64,000 nucleotides of DNA from Cyanophyceae cyanobacterium (GCA_050331735.1 JBHJGN010000011.1:32001-96000), one strand, 5' to 3'. Positions 39,587 to 50,670 are shown, counted from the first letter of the stretch. Program-made: numbers and translations. Notes: generated by a model not told the origin, from the letters alone.

Positions 39587-41530
39587 ATGATTCGGATTCT
39601 GCTGGCAGACCCTCAACGAGCGATGCGAGAAAAGTTGAAGAACTCCCTCGCTCCAGAGCCGGATTTAGCGATCGTTGGGACAGCCAGTGATGGCTATACG
39701 GCGCTCGAACAGGTCAAAATCACGAAGCCGAACATCGTCCTGCTGGCGCTGGAGATGCCTCCTCTAGACGGCATTGAAACGGCCCAGAGCATCGCTCAGG
39801 ACTTCCCCAACATCAAAATTTTGATCGTCGGCAGTCCGAGTCAGGAAGCAGAGATCGCGCGAGCGCTTCGCTCAGGAGCGTTGGGCTATCTGCCCGAGAA
39901 TCTCCCAGCCGAAGATCTTAAAGAAGCCCTGCGGATTGCCGATAAAGGCTACATTCAGCTCGAACCTGGGCTGTTTGATACCGTTGCTGCCATCACTCCC
40001 GCCGCCACCGTCAAAAACAAGAGCGCAGTCAAGCTGACTCAGCAAAAATCCCTTGCCATCGCTGTCCTCAGCTCGTCTGCCGTGAATTCAGCACCGACCC
40101 TGTCCCCGTCTCGCCGCCGTCCCTGGCTCTACCTCGGAATTGGCGGACTCAGCAATGCCGTCATTTGGCTCGGCGGGTTGCTGTACCTTCAGCTCCGGTC
40201 GCCGACCTACGTCAGTCAATGGACCGTGACCCTTCCCGGTACGAGAACAGCAACCGATGTCGAGTTACCGGGCATTGGCCGCGCCTCTTCGCTGAGCGAG
40301 TCTCCCTACGGCAGCGATTTTTCCGATCCGCGCGAGAATTACAAATATTTAGCAACGACCGAGCCGGTGGTGGCCGCCGCCGCCGAGCGGCTCGACCTAA
40401 CTCCCGCAGAATTTGGCGAACCGCGCATCAAAATTATCGACAACACCACGCTGATGCAGTTCTCCGTCACCGGCGACACCCCCAGCGAGGCTCAAGAAAA
40501 AGCGCTCGCCTTCCAGCAGGCGCTACAAACCGAAGTCGAAGCCCTCCGCCAAGAGGAAACGGCTCAGCAAGACCGCCGCCTCGAACGGGTTCTGGGGGAA
40601 GCGGAAGCAGATTTACAGACCGCTCAACAGTCTACCTCCGCCTTTCAGGCCCGTTCTGGTCTTAATTCCAGCGAACAACTGCGGGAACTCTCCTCGACCG
40701 TTGAGCATTTACGGCAGCAGCAGTCCCTCGCTGCGGCTGAACTAGAAGAAACTAGCGCTCAGCTCCAGCAGCTCCTCACGGATTTAGGACTATCGGTTGA
40801 GCAAGCAGCAGATGCGTTTGCGTTGAGTTCCGATCCTCAGTTTCAGCGGTATCTTGCCGAGTACAGCCGCGCTAGCGCTGAACTGGTCAACTTGCAGGCT
40901 AATTTGTCGGCTTCCCACCCAGACGTACTGGCCCGACAGGCAGAACAGCAAGCAGCAGAGTCGGCTTTACGGCAGCAGGCCCGTTCGGTTCTCGCTCGTT
41001 CTCTCACCCTTGCCCAGCTCAGACCCCTGGTCCTAAACACCGCCGATAGCTCTGAGTCCTCTTCCCAGCGAGCTAGCCTGTTTCAACAGTTAATTTCTCT
41101 TCAGGCAGAGCGAGCCGGAGTGAGAGCGAGAACGGATAGCTTAGCTCGGCAAATCGATCGGCTAGAGTCAAAATTAGCCTCTCTGACTCAACAAGAAGCC
41201 ACCCTCGATGGTCTGGAGCGCACAGAGCACATCGCCGAAGCCGTGTTTTCTTCGACCCTGACTCGCCTCGATCTGAGTCAATCAACGATTTCTGCGTCTT
41301 ATCCCCCCATGTCGCTGCTCACGCAGCCTAGCTTACCCCAATCTCCTAAAGTTCCGGCGACCCAACTGGTCTTCCTCGGCATGATTGTTGGTTCTGGCTG
41401 CGTCACCCTCGGGACGGTCGGGCTGTGGTGGCGCGATCGCACGACTCCCGTCCCCTACCGCCCCTTGCCGGCGCTGCCCCTAGAGCGCAATTCTCATTTT
41501 CCTGTTCAGTCAACCACCAGCCGACGATGA
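39587..41530 (+). CDS. Receiver-like domain fused to a GumC/Wzc-type polysaccharide co-polymerase
   Basis: N-terminal NarL-type REC fold, TM, long coiled coil with HPDV, Pro-rich motif and second TM; no C-terminal kinase. Confidence 0.8.
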   Translation: MIRILLADPQRAMREKLKNSLAPEPDLAIVGTASDGYTALEQVKITKPNIVLLALEMPPLDGIETAQSIAQDFPNIKILIVGSPSQEAEIARALRSGALGYLPENLPAEDLKEALRIADKGYIQLEPGLFDTVAAITPAATVKNKSAVKLTQQKSLAIAVLSSSAVNSAPTLSPSRRRPWLYLGIGGLSNAVIWLGGLLYLQLRSPTYVSQWTVTLPGTRTATDVELPGIGRASSLSESPYGSDFSDPRENYKYLATTEPVVAAAAERLDLTPAEFGEPRIKIIDNTTLMQFSVTGDTPSEAQEKALAFQQALQTEVEALRQEETAQQDRRLERVLGEAEADLQTAQQSTSAFQARSGLNSSEQLRELSSTVEHLRQQQSLAAAELEETSAQLQQLLTDLGLSVEQAADAFALSSDPQFQRYLAEYSRASAELVNLQANLSASHPDVLARQAEQQAAESALRQQARSVLARSLTLAQLRPLVLNTADSSESSSQRASLFQQLISLQAERAGVRARTDSLARQIDRLESKLASLTQQEATLDGLERTEHIAEAVFSSTLTRLDLSQSTISASYPPMSLLTQPSLPQSPKVPATQLVFLGMIVGSGCVTLGTVGLWWRDRTTPVPYRPLPALPLERNSHFPVQSTTSRR

Positions 41531-42837
41531 ATCGCTCAATTCAGCCTCAAAATTTGCCAGAAGCCGTGGTGTGGTACTACCTCCTGGGCACCTACGTGGT
41601 TTACTACCTGGGCGCTCAGTACGTTGTGACTCCTCTTCTCGGACTGTTTTTGGTCGGCTATTTGAGCAAGCAGTGGTGGCAAGCGGCGAGTTCCGAGCCC
41701 CCCATCACGATCTCGTCGTCGGCGTGGGTATGGGTGGTGGCGATGGTGACGGTAGAGGTGGCCCTCATCATCGGTCATCTAGACTTTGAGTTAGGACTGG
41801 TACAGATTGTTAAATCCTCGGTGAACTGGTGGCTGCGAACCTGGGCGCTGTTTGCTCTCTTTCCGCTAGCCGGACACCTCAACATTCGACCACCCCTAAT
41901 TTATCGAGCGGTATGTATTCTGTGCCTGCAAAGCCTGATTGTCATCGGAATCGGCTGTCTCGCGAGTTTAGTCAATGCTCCGGAAATCGAGTTTTTGTCG
42001 CCGCTAGAACGCTTCTTTCGCGGCACCGCAGACCACTACCACGTCAAGCTGTTTCATGGCGTTATTAATGAGCGACTCCAGCTATTTACTCCCTGGCCCA
42101 CGGGCATTGGGATGTTGGGGAACATCTTTTTTTGGTTTGCCTGCCGAGAGCCAGAGCCGAAATGGCGGTGGCTAGGTCTCATCGGCTCCTTGGTGATGAT
42201 TTTTGCTTCGATGTCTCGGTCCGCGATTGTGTGCCTTCCGTTTGTGGCGATCGTCGTCTTTTTACTCACCAAGGTTCTCTCTCCGTGGCTTTACTTTATC
42301 GCCGGATTTGGCACTTTTTTACTCAGCCTGATCCTGCCAACGCTCATGCAGTTTCTGGAAATCCTCAAAGAACAATTTCAAAATTTTCGCGGCGAAGATT
42401 CTGCGGCTTCTTCCAGGGTCCGCGATGCGTTAGAACGCATGGCGCTAGAGCGCTGGCGGAACGAAGCCCCGATTTGGGGACACGGCATGCTGGAGCTCAG
42501 AGGACCGGCTGTGGTGGCGCACATGCCTATTGGGAGCCATCATACCTGGCTTGGAGTGTTGTTCACTCACGGACTGGTCGGCGGCGTAGCGTTAGCGATC
42601 GCCTTTATCTGGAGCTTTCTTCACCTCTGGTTCAAGGCCCAATCTTCCGATTTAGCCCGGGTCGGCTTAAGCATTATTTTAGTTCTGCTCGTATCTTCTT
42701 TTACCGACAATATTGATAGTTTGGCCTACGTTTACTGGTCGCCTTTACTAGTCTTAGGTTCCGCCTTCAAAGAATCAGTATCGCCTCAACATTTACAAAG
42801 AACTAATCGTTTTTTCATTAACAGTCAAGGGTATTGA
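41527..42837 (+). CDS. Wzy / O-antigen ligase family polymerase
   Basis: Multiple TMs, SMSRSA, PIWGHG and GSHHTW; ATGA overlap with the upstream gene. Confidence 0.8.
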   Translation: MNRSIQPQNLPEAVVWYYLLGTYVVYYLGAQYVVTPLLGLFLVGYLSKQWWQAASSEPPITISSSAWVWVVAMVTVEVALIIGHLDFELGLVQIVKSSVNWWLRTWALFALFPLAGHLNIRPPLIYRAVCILCLQSLIVIGIGCLASLVNAPEIEFLSPLERFFRGTADHYHVKLFHGVINERLQLFTPWPTGIGMLGNIFFWFACREPEPKWRWLGLIGSLVMIFASMSRSAIVCLPFVAIVVFLLTKVLSPWLYFIAGFGTFLLSLILPTLMQFLEILKEQFQNFRGEDSAASSRVRDALERMALERWRNEAPIWGHGMLELRGPAVVAHMPIGSHHTWLGVLFTHGLVGGVALAIAFIWSFLHLWFKAQSSDLARVGLSIILVLLVSSFTDNIDSLAYVYWSPLLVLGSAFKESVSPQHLQRTNRFFINSQGY

Positions 42838-42928
42838 GTCAAAGTGACCAACATCTCCTGAATCAGTGTATACCGGGCAGTCCTCCGAGAACCATCACCA
42901 ATCAACCATCAACCAACACCGAACGACC

Positions 42929-43897
42929 ATGCCAAAAGTTTCCGTGATTATTCCCGCCTACAACACCATGAAGTATCTGCCTGAAACGGTTGAGAGCGTC
43001 CTTCAGCAGACCTTTACCAACTTCGAGGCGATTGTGGTCAACGATGCCAGTAGCGATGGCGTAGAACAGTGGGTGAATCAGCTCAGCGACCCGCGAGTGA
43101 AGCTAATTACTCACGCCGTCAATCAGGGGTTAGCTAAAACGAGAAATACCGGCATCAAGGCGGCGCAGGGAGAACTGCTCGCTTTCCTCGACGGGGACGA
43201 TCTCTGGCAGCCCACGAAATTAGCCCAGCAGGTCCAGCTCCTTGACACTCATCCAGAAGTGGGTCTGATCTATACCTGGGTTGCCTACATCGACGAACAG
43301 GGCAAGGCAACGGGGAGAGTATTTAAACATGAGGCAGAAGGGGATGTCTGGTCGGTGTTAGTTCAGCACAACATTGTCGAGTGCGGCAGTGTCCCCTTGG
43401 TGCGCCGGGAATGCTTAGAAACCGTCGGATGCTTCGATCCCCAACTGAGTCAGTTTAATAACGGCGAAGACTGGGATCTGTGGCTGCGCATCGCCGAGCG
43501 CTATCCCTTTAAGGTGGTCAAGGAACCCCTCGTCTACTATCGGCAACGACCGGCGAGTGGTTCGAGAAACTGGGAAGCAATGGAGAAAAGTTTTCACATT
43601 GTCTTTGAAAAGGCGTTCGCGTCGGCGGCAGCAGTACCGCACTTGAGGAACAAGACCTACGGATTAGCGCACCTGTGTCTAGCTTGGAAACCTCTCCAAA
43701 GCGTCAGCCGAGATTACCAAAAAGCGCGGGAGTACCGCCGTTTGGCGTTGCAATACTGTCCTCGGCTGCGCTTTTCTAAGGAGTACCTGCGCCTCAGTAC
43801 CGCCATATTTACCCTGCGCTGGTTTGGTCCCGACGGCTACCGCCGCTTCTTGACAGTAGCCTATGCGGTGCGTCGGCGCTTGGCAAACTCTCACTAA
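42929..43897 (+). CDS. GT2 glycosyltransferase
   Basis: VSVIIPAYN, NDASSD, FLDGDD and EDWDLWLR. Confidence 0.92.
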   Translation: MPKVSVIIPAYNTMKYLPETVESVLQQTFTNFEAIVVNDASSDGVEQWVNQLSDPRVKLITHAVNQGLAKTRNTGIKAAQGELLAFLDGDDLWQPTKLAQQVQLLDTHPEVGLIYTWVAYIDEQGKATGRVFKHEAEGDVWSVLVQHNIVECGSVPLVRRECLETVGCFDPQLSQFNNGEDWDLWLRIAERYPFKVVKEPLVYYRQRPASGSRNWEAMEKSFHIVFEKAFASAAAVPHLRNKTYGLAHLCLAWKPLQSVSRDYQKAREYRRLALQYCPRLRFSKEYLRLSTAIFTLRWFGPDGYRRFLTVAYAVRRRLANSH

Positions 43898-43909
43898 AGG
43901 AACTCAACC

Positions 43910-44878
43910 ATGCCCCAAATCTCGGTGATTATTCCTGCCTACAACGCTGAAGCAACGATTGCCGAAACGATTGAATCGGTACAGCAGCAAACCGTGAGCG
44001 ATTTTGAAATCGTTGTCATTGATGATGGGTCGCGCGATCGCACCCCAGAGGTGTTGGCCAGCATCGCCGAGCCGCGCCTGCGGCTCTTTCAAGAAGAAAA
44101 CGGTGGAGTCGCAACGGCCCGCAATCGGGGGTTCGCCCGCGCCACCGGCGAATTTATTGCCTTTCTAGATGCTGACGATCTGTGGACCCCAAACAAACTA
44201 GAGCAGCAGCTAGCGGCCCTTCAGAGGCGGTCAGAAGCCGGAGTGGCCTATAGCTGGACCTACTACATCGACCACCAGAGTCAAGCCCTCTATCCCGGGA
44301 TGCAGCCACTCTATGAGGGCAATATTTATGCCGAGCTACTGCTGGCGAATATCCTAGCTAATGGCTCCAATCCTCTCATTCGCCGAGTCGCCATTGAGAG
44401 AGTTGGCGGCTTCGATCCCGCCCTCTCAGCAGCAGCCGATTGGGATTTCTACCTGCGCCTAGCGGCCCAGTTTCCCTTTGTGGTCGTTCCCGAGTACCAG
44501 GTGCTCTATCGTCAATCTGCTGGCTCTATGTCCGCCAAAGTGGAAGCGATGAAGGCCGAAATTCTGTTCGTGCTCGAACGAGCCTTTCAAACGGCCTCCC
44601 CAGAACAGTCTTTAAGAAATCGCAGCCTCAGCGCCATTCACCAGTATTGTGCCGAGCTATACCTAAACCACAGCACCGGTCAGGAGCGGCGGATTGCCGA
44701 AAACCTCCAGAGCGCCATTCGCCTCTATCCCCAGTCTCTGCTGCAATGGAACACCCAAAGAACAGTGCTTAAGTTTTTGCTCCAGCGCCTGCCCGCCCCA
44801 GTGGCGCACTCCTTTTGGGAGTGGCGTAACAGCACTCGCCGCCAGTTAGGGTTCAATGATCAAGCTCCCAAAGACTAA
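43910..44878 (+). CDS. GT2 glycosyltransferase
   Basis: ISVIIPAYN, DDGSRD, FLDADD, NGSNPLIRR and DWDFYLRL. Confidence 0.92.
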   Translation: MPQISVIIPAYNAEATIAETIESVQQQTVSDFEIVVIDDGSRDRTPEVLASIAEPRLRLFQEENGGVATARNRGFARATGEFIAFLDADDLWTPNKLEQQLAALQRRSEAGVAYSWTYYIDHQSQALYPGMQPLYEGNIYAELLLANILANGSNPLIRRVAIERVGGFDPALSAAADWDFYLRLAAQFPFVVVPEYQVLYRQSAGSMSAKVEAMKAEILFVLERAFQTASPEQSLRNRSLSAIHQYCAELYLNHSTGQERRIAENLQSAIRLYPQSLLQWNTQRTVLKFLLQRLPAPVAHSFWEWRNSTRRQLGFNDQAPKD

Positions 44879-44907
44879 CCAAATCGACGAGGCGATAGTT
44901 ATTCTAG

Positions 44908-46158
44908 ATGCTAATCAGCAAGCTACAGCAAATCACATCCGGACAGTTTATTCGCAACGTTGGTTGGCTGGGGGGAGCCGAGTTGCTCAATCGTCTCTTC
45001 CGTTTAGGAACTACCGTCACTCTGGCGCGCCTGTTCAGTGCCCAAGACTACGGGTTGATGGCCATTATTTATACCACGTTTGAATTTGCTAACGTCCTCA
45101 CTCTTCGAGGCGGAATCGGAGCCAAAATTATTCAGGCCGATGAAAAAGATGTGCCCACCTTTTGCAATACGTCCTATTGGCTCAACTGGATGCTCTGCGG
45201 AGCCGTCTTTATTGTTCAGTGTGCTGCGGCTTTTCCCATCGCGCGGTTCTACGATAACAATCGGCTCATTCTGCCCCTGTGTACGATGGCCTTGATGTAC
45301 CTGACGCTGCCTCTATTTCTGATTAATACCGCTCTGATTGAGCGGGAAAACCGCCTCAAAATCACGGCCCTCTGTAACGCGGCTCATTCGTTTCTCGTGA
45401 ATCTGATCACCATTTCCTTAGCTCTTTTAGGACTGGGGATCTGGGCGATTGTCTGGTCGATGGTGTTATCGATGCCCGTCTGGATTCTGATTACCTGGAG
45501 AAATCATCCCTGGCGACCCCCAACTACGGTTCACCTGGAGCGATGGCAGGAAATCGCTCGTTTTGCCAAAAATCTGCTTGGCGTAGACTTACTCACTCGG
45601 CTGCGATTGAATCTGGATTACCTGATTGTCGGCAAGTTTCTCGGCATTGAGGAGTTAGGAATCTACTATTTTGCCTTCAACGCTGGTTCCGGTATCACCA
45701 TGAACGTGGTCAATTCTTTGATGCTCGCTCTCTATCCCCATTTATGTTTGGTTAGGCAGCACACCGAGCGGTTCAAAGCTCGGTACTTAAGCAGTCTCAA
45801 AACAATTGCGCTGATTGTCGTGCCGCTGGTGCTGTTGCAGTCTACTTTGGCTCCTTTCTATGTCCCGTTAATTTTTGGCGAGAAGTGGACCAGCGCCATT
45901 CCCGTGCTGATGCTGATTTGTCTCTCGGTCATTCCCCGCACCTTCAAATGGGCGGCTTCGCTGCTGTTCAATGCCACCGACCGCACCCATTTAACTCTGA
46001 CGTTCGATCTGGGGTTTACCCTAATTTTTGCTGCCGCTCTTTTCATCGCCGTTCAAAGTGGAGTGTTGAGCGTAGCGATGGCCGTCCTCACCATCTATCT
46101 GCTCAGTTCCCTGTCCTTTAATATCTTTGCCTGGCGGCAGGTGTTTGCTAAACACTAG
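44908..46158 (+). CDS. Wzx flippase
   Basis: LARLF..QDYGL, DYLIVGKFLG.EELGIY, IFGEKW and many TMs. Confidence 0.85.
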   Translation: MLISKLQQITSGQFIRNVGWLGGAELLNRLFRLGTTVTLARLFSAQDYGLMAIIYTTFEFANVLTLRGGIGAKIIQADEKDVPTFCNTSYWLNWMLCGAVFIVQCAAAFPIARFYDNNRLILPLCTMALMYLTLPLFLINTALIERENRLKITALCNAAHSFLVNLITISLALLGLGIWAIVWSMVLSMPVWILITWRNHPWRPPTTVHLERWQEIARFAKNLLGVDLLTRLRLNLDYLIVGKFLGIEELGIYYFAFNAGSGITMNVVNSLMLALYPHLCLVRQHTERFKARYLSSLKTIALIVVPLVLLQSTLAPFYVPLIFGEKWTSAIPVLMLICLSVIPRTFKWAASLLFNATDRTHLTLTFDLGFTLIFAAALFIAVQSGVLSVAMAVLTIYLLSSLSFNIFAWRQVFAKH

Positions 46159-46212
46159 GAGGTTCCACTCACCGTTTTACTTCGTTCAATCTAATTTTAG
46201 GAATCGTTGATC

Positions 46213-47199
46213 ATGAATCAAGTCACAATTATTGTCGTTCCGCGAGAGCGCTTTAGCTATACCCAACCCTCCTTAGAGAGTGTCTATCAAAATACCGGAA
46301 TGCCGTTTAATTTGGTGTACGTGGATGGTAACTCTCCTCCTCATATTGGGCGCTACCTCGAAGCTCAGACTCAGCAAAGAGGGTTTCAGCTTGTCCGGAG
46401 CAAACAGTACCTCTCTCCCAACCGGGCTCGCAACCTCGGTCTAGCCCAGGTTAACTTCCAGGAAACACAGTACGTTGCCATCATCGATAACGATGTCTTA
46501 GTGAGACCGGGCTGGCTTGAGTCTCTGGTTCAGTGTGCCGAAACAACTGACGCAGGGGCGGTTGGACCCCTTTATCTGGAGGGCAGCGACTTTCAAACAG
46601 TCCACATGGCGGGGGGCACTTCGGTGTTTCGCGAACAGGGAGACCGACGCTGGCTGGTGGAAAAACGACCGTTTATGCGACTGCCCCTAGCCAAAGTGGC
46701 AGACAAGCTCCAGCGTCACCAAACTGATATTTTAGAACTACACTGCATCCTGGTTCGCGCCGAGGTAATGGCTCAAATTGGGTCTTTTGACGAACGAATG
46801 GTCAATATTGGCGAAGAAAGCGACTTTAGCATGACGCTCCGCGCTGCTGGCCACTCTATTTATTTTGAACCCAGTGCCGTGGTGTCTTACGTGCCGCCAC
46901 CGCCCCTTGCTCCGTCGGATTTGCCTTTCTTTTTTGTGCGCTGGAGCCAGCAGTGGTGCCAACAGAGCGTGGCTCATTTTCAAGAAAAATGGAACTTGAC
47001 CGAAAACTCCCCGACTCTGCACCACTATCGCGAGTTTGTAGACAGGCATCGCTACCTGGTCTTTACTCAACCTCAAAAAGGAAAAGGAGCTGGCTACCTC
47101 ACTAAAAAAGCGACTTACTTTGTCTTTGACAAGCTCACGAATCGATACGCCTCGCGCTTACATCCTCCCAAAATTGAGGGACTGGAAGCTCGACCATGA
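46213..47199 (+). CDS. GT2 glycosyltransferase
   Basis: VTIIVVPRERFS, VDGNSP, PNRARNLG and IDNDV. Confidence 0.88.
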   Translation: MNQVTIIVVPRERFSYTQPSLESVYQNTGMPFNLVYVDGNSPPHIGRYLEAQTQQRGFQLVRSKQYLSPNRARNLGLAQVNFQETQYVAIIDNDVLVRPGWLESLVQCAETTDAGAVGPLYLEGSDFQTVHMAGGTSVFREQGDRRWLVEKRPFMRLPLAKVADKLQRHQTDILELHCILVRAEVMAQIGSFDERMVNIGEESDFSMTLRAAGHSIYFEPSAVVSYVPPPPLAPSDLPFFFVRWSQQWCQQSVAHFQEKWNLTENSPTLHHYREFVDRHRYLVFTQPQKGKGAGYLTKKATYFVFDKLTNRYASRLHPPKIEGLEARP

Positions 47200-47264
47200 G
47201 TTGAGAACAACCATCGCTCCTCGGCTGCCCTCCCCAACTCCGAATTAACCCGCTAAACGCTAAG

Positions 47265-48176
47265 ATGCCTGAAATATCTGTTATTATTCCGGCTTACAAT
47301 GCCGAAGAAACCATCCTCAAAACGGTTGCTTCCGTTGAGCAACAAACCTTTGCTGATTTTGAACTGATTATTATCGATGATGAATCGAGCGATCGCACTT
47401 TAGAGCTACTTGAGACCATTAAAGATAACCGAGTTCAGATCTATAGCGATAAAAATGGGGGCACTTCAGTCGCTCGCAATCGCGGGATTGCTCGTGCCAC
47501 TGGAGAGTACGTAACCTTTCTGGATGCTGACGATCTCTGGACGGCTGACAAACTAGAGCGACAGCTTGCCGCTTTCAAGCAACATCCAGAGGCGGGAGTC
47601 ACCTATAGCTGGACTTATTTTTGGTTTGCAGAAAAAGAGCGCATCTATCCAAGCCAGACTGACGAGCACGAAGGCAACGTGTATGCTGAATTATTGATCA
47701 GCAATTTCCTTCACAGTGGCTCGAATCCTCTCATTCGCCGAGAGGCCATTGAGTCTGTCGGCTTGTTCGATCCGACAATTCAGTTAGTCGAGGACTGGGA
47801 CTACTGGTTGCGGCTAGCGGCACACTGGCCATTTGTTCTCGTTCGTAAGCTCCAAATTTATTATCGCCAGCACTCTGGTTCAAAATCGAACAGCCTTGAA
47901 AAGCTAGAGGATAACGTTTTTGCTCTTTTAGATAAAGCCTTTAAAGAAGCTCCCGATGAGCTTCAGTCTCTCAAGCCTCATAGCTTAGCCGTTAACTATC
48001 GGTATCTAGCTCAAAAATCCTTAAACGACTCTAGCAGTTTGAGAGAGATTAATCGCGCTGGTCAAAAGCTGTGGCAGGCGATTTGCTGTTATCCACAAAT
48101 TTTGCAGGATGAGTATACTCACAGACTCATAAGCTGGTTAGTTAAAAAACGCCTATTACAGTTAGTTAATCGGTAA
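47265..48176 (+). CDS. GT2 glycosyltransferase (paralogue of 43910)
   Basis: ISVIIPAYN, FLDADD, SGSNPLIRR and EDWDYWLRL. Confidence 0.92.
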   Translation: MPEISVIIPAYNAEETILKTVASVEQQTFADFELIIIDDESSDRTLELLETIKDNRVQIYSDKNGGTSVARNRGIARATGEYVTFLDADDLWTADKLERQLAAFKQHPEAGVTYSWTYFWFAEKERIYPSQTDEHEGNVYAELLISNFLHSGSNPLIRREAIESVGLFDPTIQLVEDWDYWLRLAAHWPFVLVRKLQIYYRQHSGSKSNSLEKLEDNVFALLDKAFKEAPDELQSLKPHSLAVNYRYLAQKSLNDSSSLREINRAGQKLWQAICCYPQILQDEYTHRLISWLVKKRLLQLVNR

Positions 48177-48409
48177 GGAATTAAGAAGATTCAATGAGTT
48201 TCAAGGACAATAGCTTGATGAAACCGTCCTGATAACAACCTAGAAAAAGCCTGTCCTGAAAGCCTCAGTTGTTTCAAACGGACTGAATGCCTACAGACAG
48301 ATTAATTCTCCGGAGGCGCAAAAACGAAATCAGTAGATTGGTCAAATAAAGAACTAAAGATTAGGGCCGTACCTTTCCAGAGTAAAAACCACTATTTAGC
48401 TACTTCCTA

Positions 48410-49399
48410 ATGTCAAAAGTTACTATAGTTGTTACTCCCAGAGAACGTTTTAGCTGTACTATTCGCTCTCTAGAAAGTCTCTACCAATACACAACAATTC
48501 CTTTTGAATTAATTTACGTCGATGGCAATTCTCCTAGCAAAGTTAAGCGTTATTTAGCAAAACAGGCCCATCAAAGAAAGTTTCATCATCTGCGGACAGA
48601 TTACTATCTCTCTCCCAATCGAGCGCGTAATTTGGGTTTAAAGTTTGTCAGGACCAAGTATGTCGTGTTTGTGGATAATGATGTCATTGTCTCTCCTGGC
48701 TGGTTATCCCAGTTAGTGCAGTGTGCCGAAGAGACATCGGCGACGGTGGTGGGTCCGTTGATGTGTCAGTACGAACCCGTTCATGAGATAGTGCATTTTG
48801 CCGGGGGAGAGTCTCATATCTTCCGTGATGTAAAAGGGAGAAGACGTTTACGGGAGAAAATGTACTTGCAGGGGAAAAAAGTCGCAGACGTCCGCGATCG
48901 CCTGAAGCGTCAGGAGACCGAATTAGCAGAATTTCACTGTATATTAGTGAAAACTAGCATTTTTGAGCGCATTGGCTACCTAGACGAAGCGATGCTCAAT
49001 ACCAAAGAACATCTTGACTTCTGTTTGCAGGTAAGGGCAGCGGGGGAGAAGATCTATTTTGAGCCGAATTGTGTTGTTACCTATGTACCAGGGCCCCCGT
49101 TAGCACTGACGGATTTGCCTTACTATATGCTGCGCTGGAGTGATGCTTGGGTTCTGAATAGCCTCCAGCGCCTCCGAGAAAAATGGAATCTTGCCGAAGA
49201 TAGCTATTTTACCCGTAAATATCAAGGTCTGGGGTGGCGACGCAGAGATAGCATCATTCACCCTCTAACTTTAGCGTTAACTTTCGGGAGAATGAATGCT
49301 TCTCTAGAAAATTTACTAACGCGCATTGATAAAAAATTCAATCGCTATTTAACAGATCGTTATGCTCGCAAGCATCTCAACGGAGTTAAAAGAAGTTGA
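48410..49399 (+). CDS. GT2 glycosyltransferase (paralogue of 46213)
   Basis: VTIVVTPRERFS, VDGNSP, PNRARNLG and VDNDV. Confidence 0.88.
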   Translation: MSKVTIVVTPRERFSCTIRSLESLYQYTTIPFELIYVDGNSPSKVKRYLAKQAHQRKFHHLRTDYYLSPNRARNLGLKFVRTKYVVFVDNDVIVSPGWLSQLVQCAEETSATVVGPLMCQYEPVHEIVHFAGGESHIFRDVKGRRRLREKMYLQGKKVADVRDRLKRQETELAEFHCILVKTSIFERIGYLDEAMLNTKEHLDFCLQVRAAGEKIYFEPNCVVTYVPGPPLALTDLPYYMLRWSDAWVLNSLQRLREKWNLAEDSYFTRKYQGLGWRRRDSIIHPLTLALTFGRMNASLENLLTRIDKKFNRYLTDRYARKHLNGVKRS

Positions 49400-49493
49400 G
49401 GCAGTATTGACAGGATGAATAATAAGGAGGGCAAAGAAGTCAGAAAAGAGAAGCTCGCTAAGTAATATTTGTTTCTTGCCACTAGGTTGTCCA

Positions 49494-50480
49494 ATGTCAA
49501 AGTTAGTTTCAGTGATTATTCCCTGCTTTAACGCTGAAAAATGGTTAAGAGAAGCCATTAGCAGCGTATTAGCACAGACCCATCCTCAAATAGAAATTAT
49601 TGTTATTGACGACGGCTCTAGCGATCGCAGTCTTGAAATTATTAAAAGCTATGGCAACAAAATAACCTGGCATAGCAGAGAGAATGGGGGAGCAAACAGC
49701 GCTAGAAATTTGGGGTTTTCTTTGTCTCACGGCGACTATATTCAGTACTTAGATGCAGACGATTACTTGCTTCCCGCTAAAATTGCTAAACAAGTTCAGT
49801 GTTTACAAGCAGCTTCTATCGACTTTGTTTATGGTGATTGGCGATATCAACATCATTTAGACAGTGGTGAAATTATGTTAGGCGATGTGAACCAGTGCGG
49901 TCCAAAAGATGATTTTTTACAGTCACTATTAGCTAACGAGCGCTGGTCTAATTTAGCACCAATTCTACTGACGCGATCGCTAGTCAGTCGCGTGAGGTGG
50001 GATGAGAGTCTTCCCGCAGCCCAAGATCGTGACTTTTTATTCTCAATAATGTTAGCGGGAGCAAAATGCGCTTATCAATCAGGATGCGACTCTATTTATC
50101 GGATACACGAAGCCAATACCGTTTCGAGAGCTTCTAAACTACGCTGGTTCCAGGCACATTGTTTGGTCATGGAAAAAGCTGAACAAAGTCTCTTAGCACA
50201 GGGTTTGTTGTCTCAAAAATATCAGCAGGCTTTGGCAAAAGCTTACTTAGAAATGGGCAAAGAATATGTGTATAGTAACTGTGGCGTTCGCAATAAATTT
50301 ACTTATTATGCCAAAGCCCTAGATAAGGCTTGCGTCCTTGCTCCCCATTTAGTTATCCAGAATAAAAGCAAAATCTATAAAGTGATTAGTAGCTTGCTGG
50401 GCTATCGAAGGACCGAAAAAATTTCCTATCTATTGTATTCTCAAACCCGTAGGCAATTGCCTATACCTCCCAAAATTTAA
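49494..50480 (+). CDS. GT2 glycosyltransferase
   Basis: VSVIIPCFN, DDGSSD, YLDADD and QDRDF. Confidence 0.9.
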   Translation: MSKLVSVIIPCFNAEKWLREAISSVLAQTHPQIEIIVIDDGSSDRSLEIIKSYGNKITWHSRENGGANSARNLGFSLSHGDYIQYLDADDYLLPAKIAKQVQCLQAASIDFVYGDWRYQHHLDSGEIMLGDVNQCGPKDDFLQSLLANERWSNLAPILLTRSLVSRVRWDESLPAAQDRDFLFSIMLAGAKCAYQSGCDSIYRIHEANTVSRASKLRWFQAHCLVMEKAEQSLLAQGLLSQKYQQALAKAYLEMGKEYVYSNCGVRNKFTYYAKALDKACVLAPHLVIQNKSKIYKVISSLLGYRRTEKISYLLYSQTRRQLPIPPKI

Positions 50481-50670
50481 TGTTTTATTTGTCCTAACCT
50501 ACTGACAGGGTAGAAGGAGTACATTCAACTACGGTTGCTTCTTAAAAAATATTGCCATTGGCCTTCCTAATTTTAAGGCCAACCGAGAAAAGCAATTAGA
50601 AAAAGAATATAGTTTAAACTTTTTAAACTTCTCAAGTTTTGCTTTTTTAAACACTCAAACGGTAGCTTTC

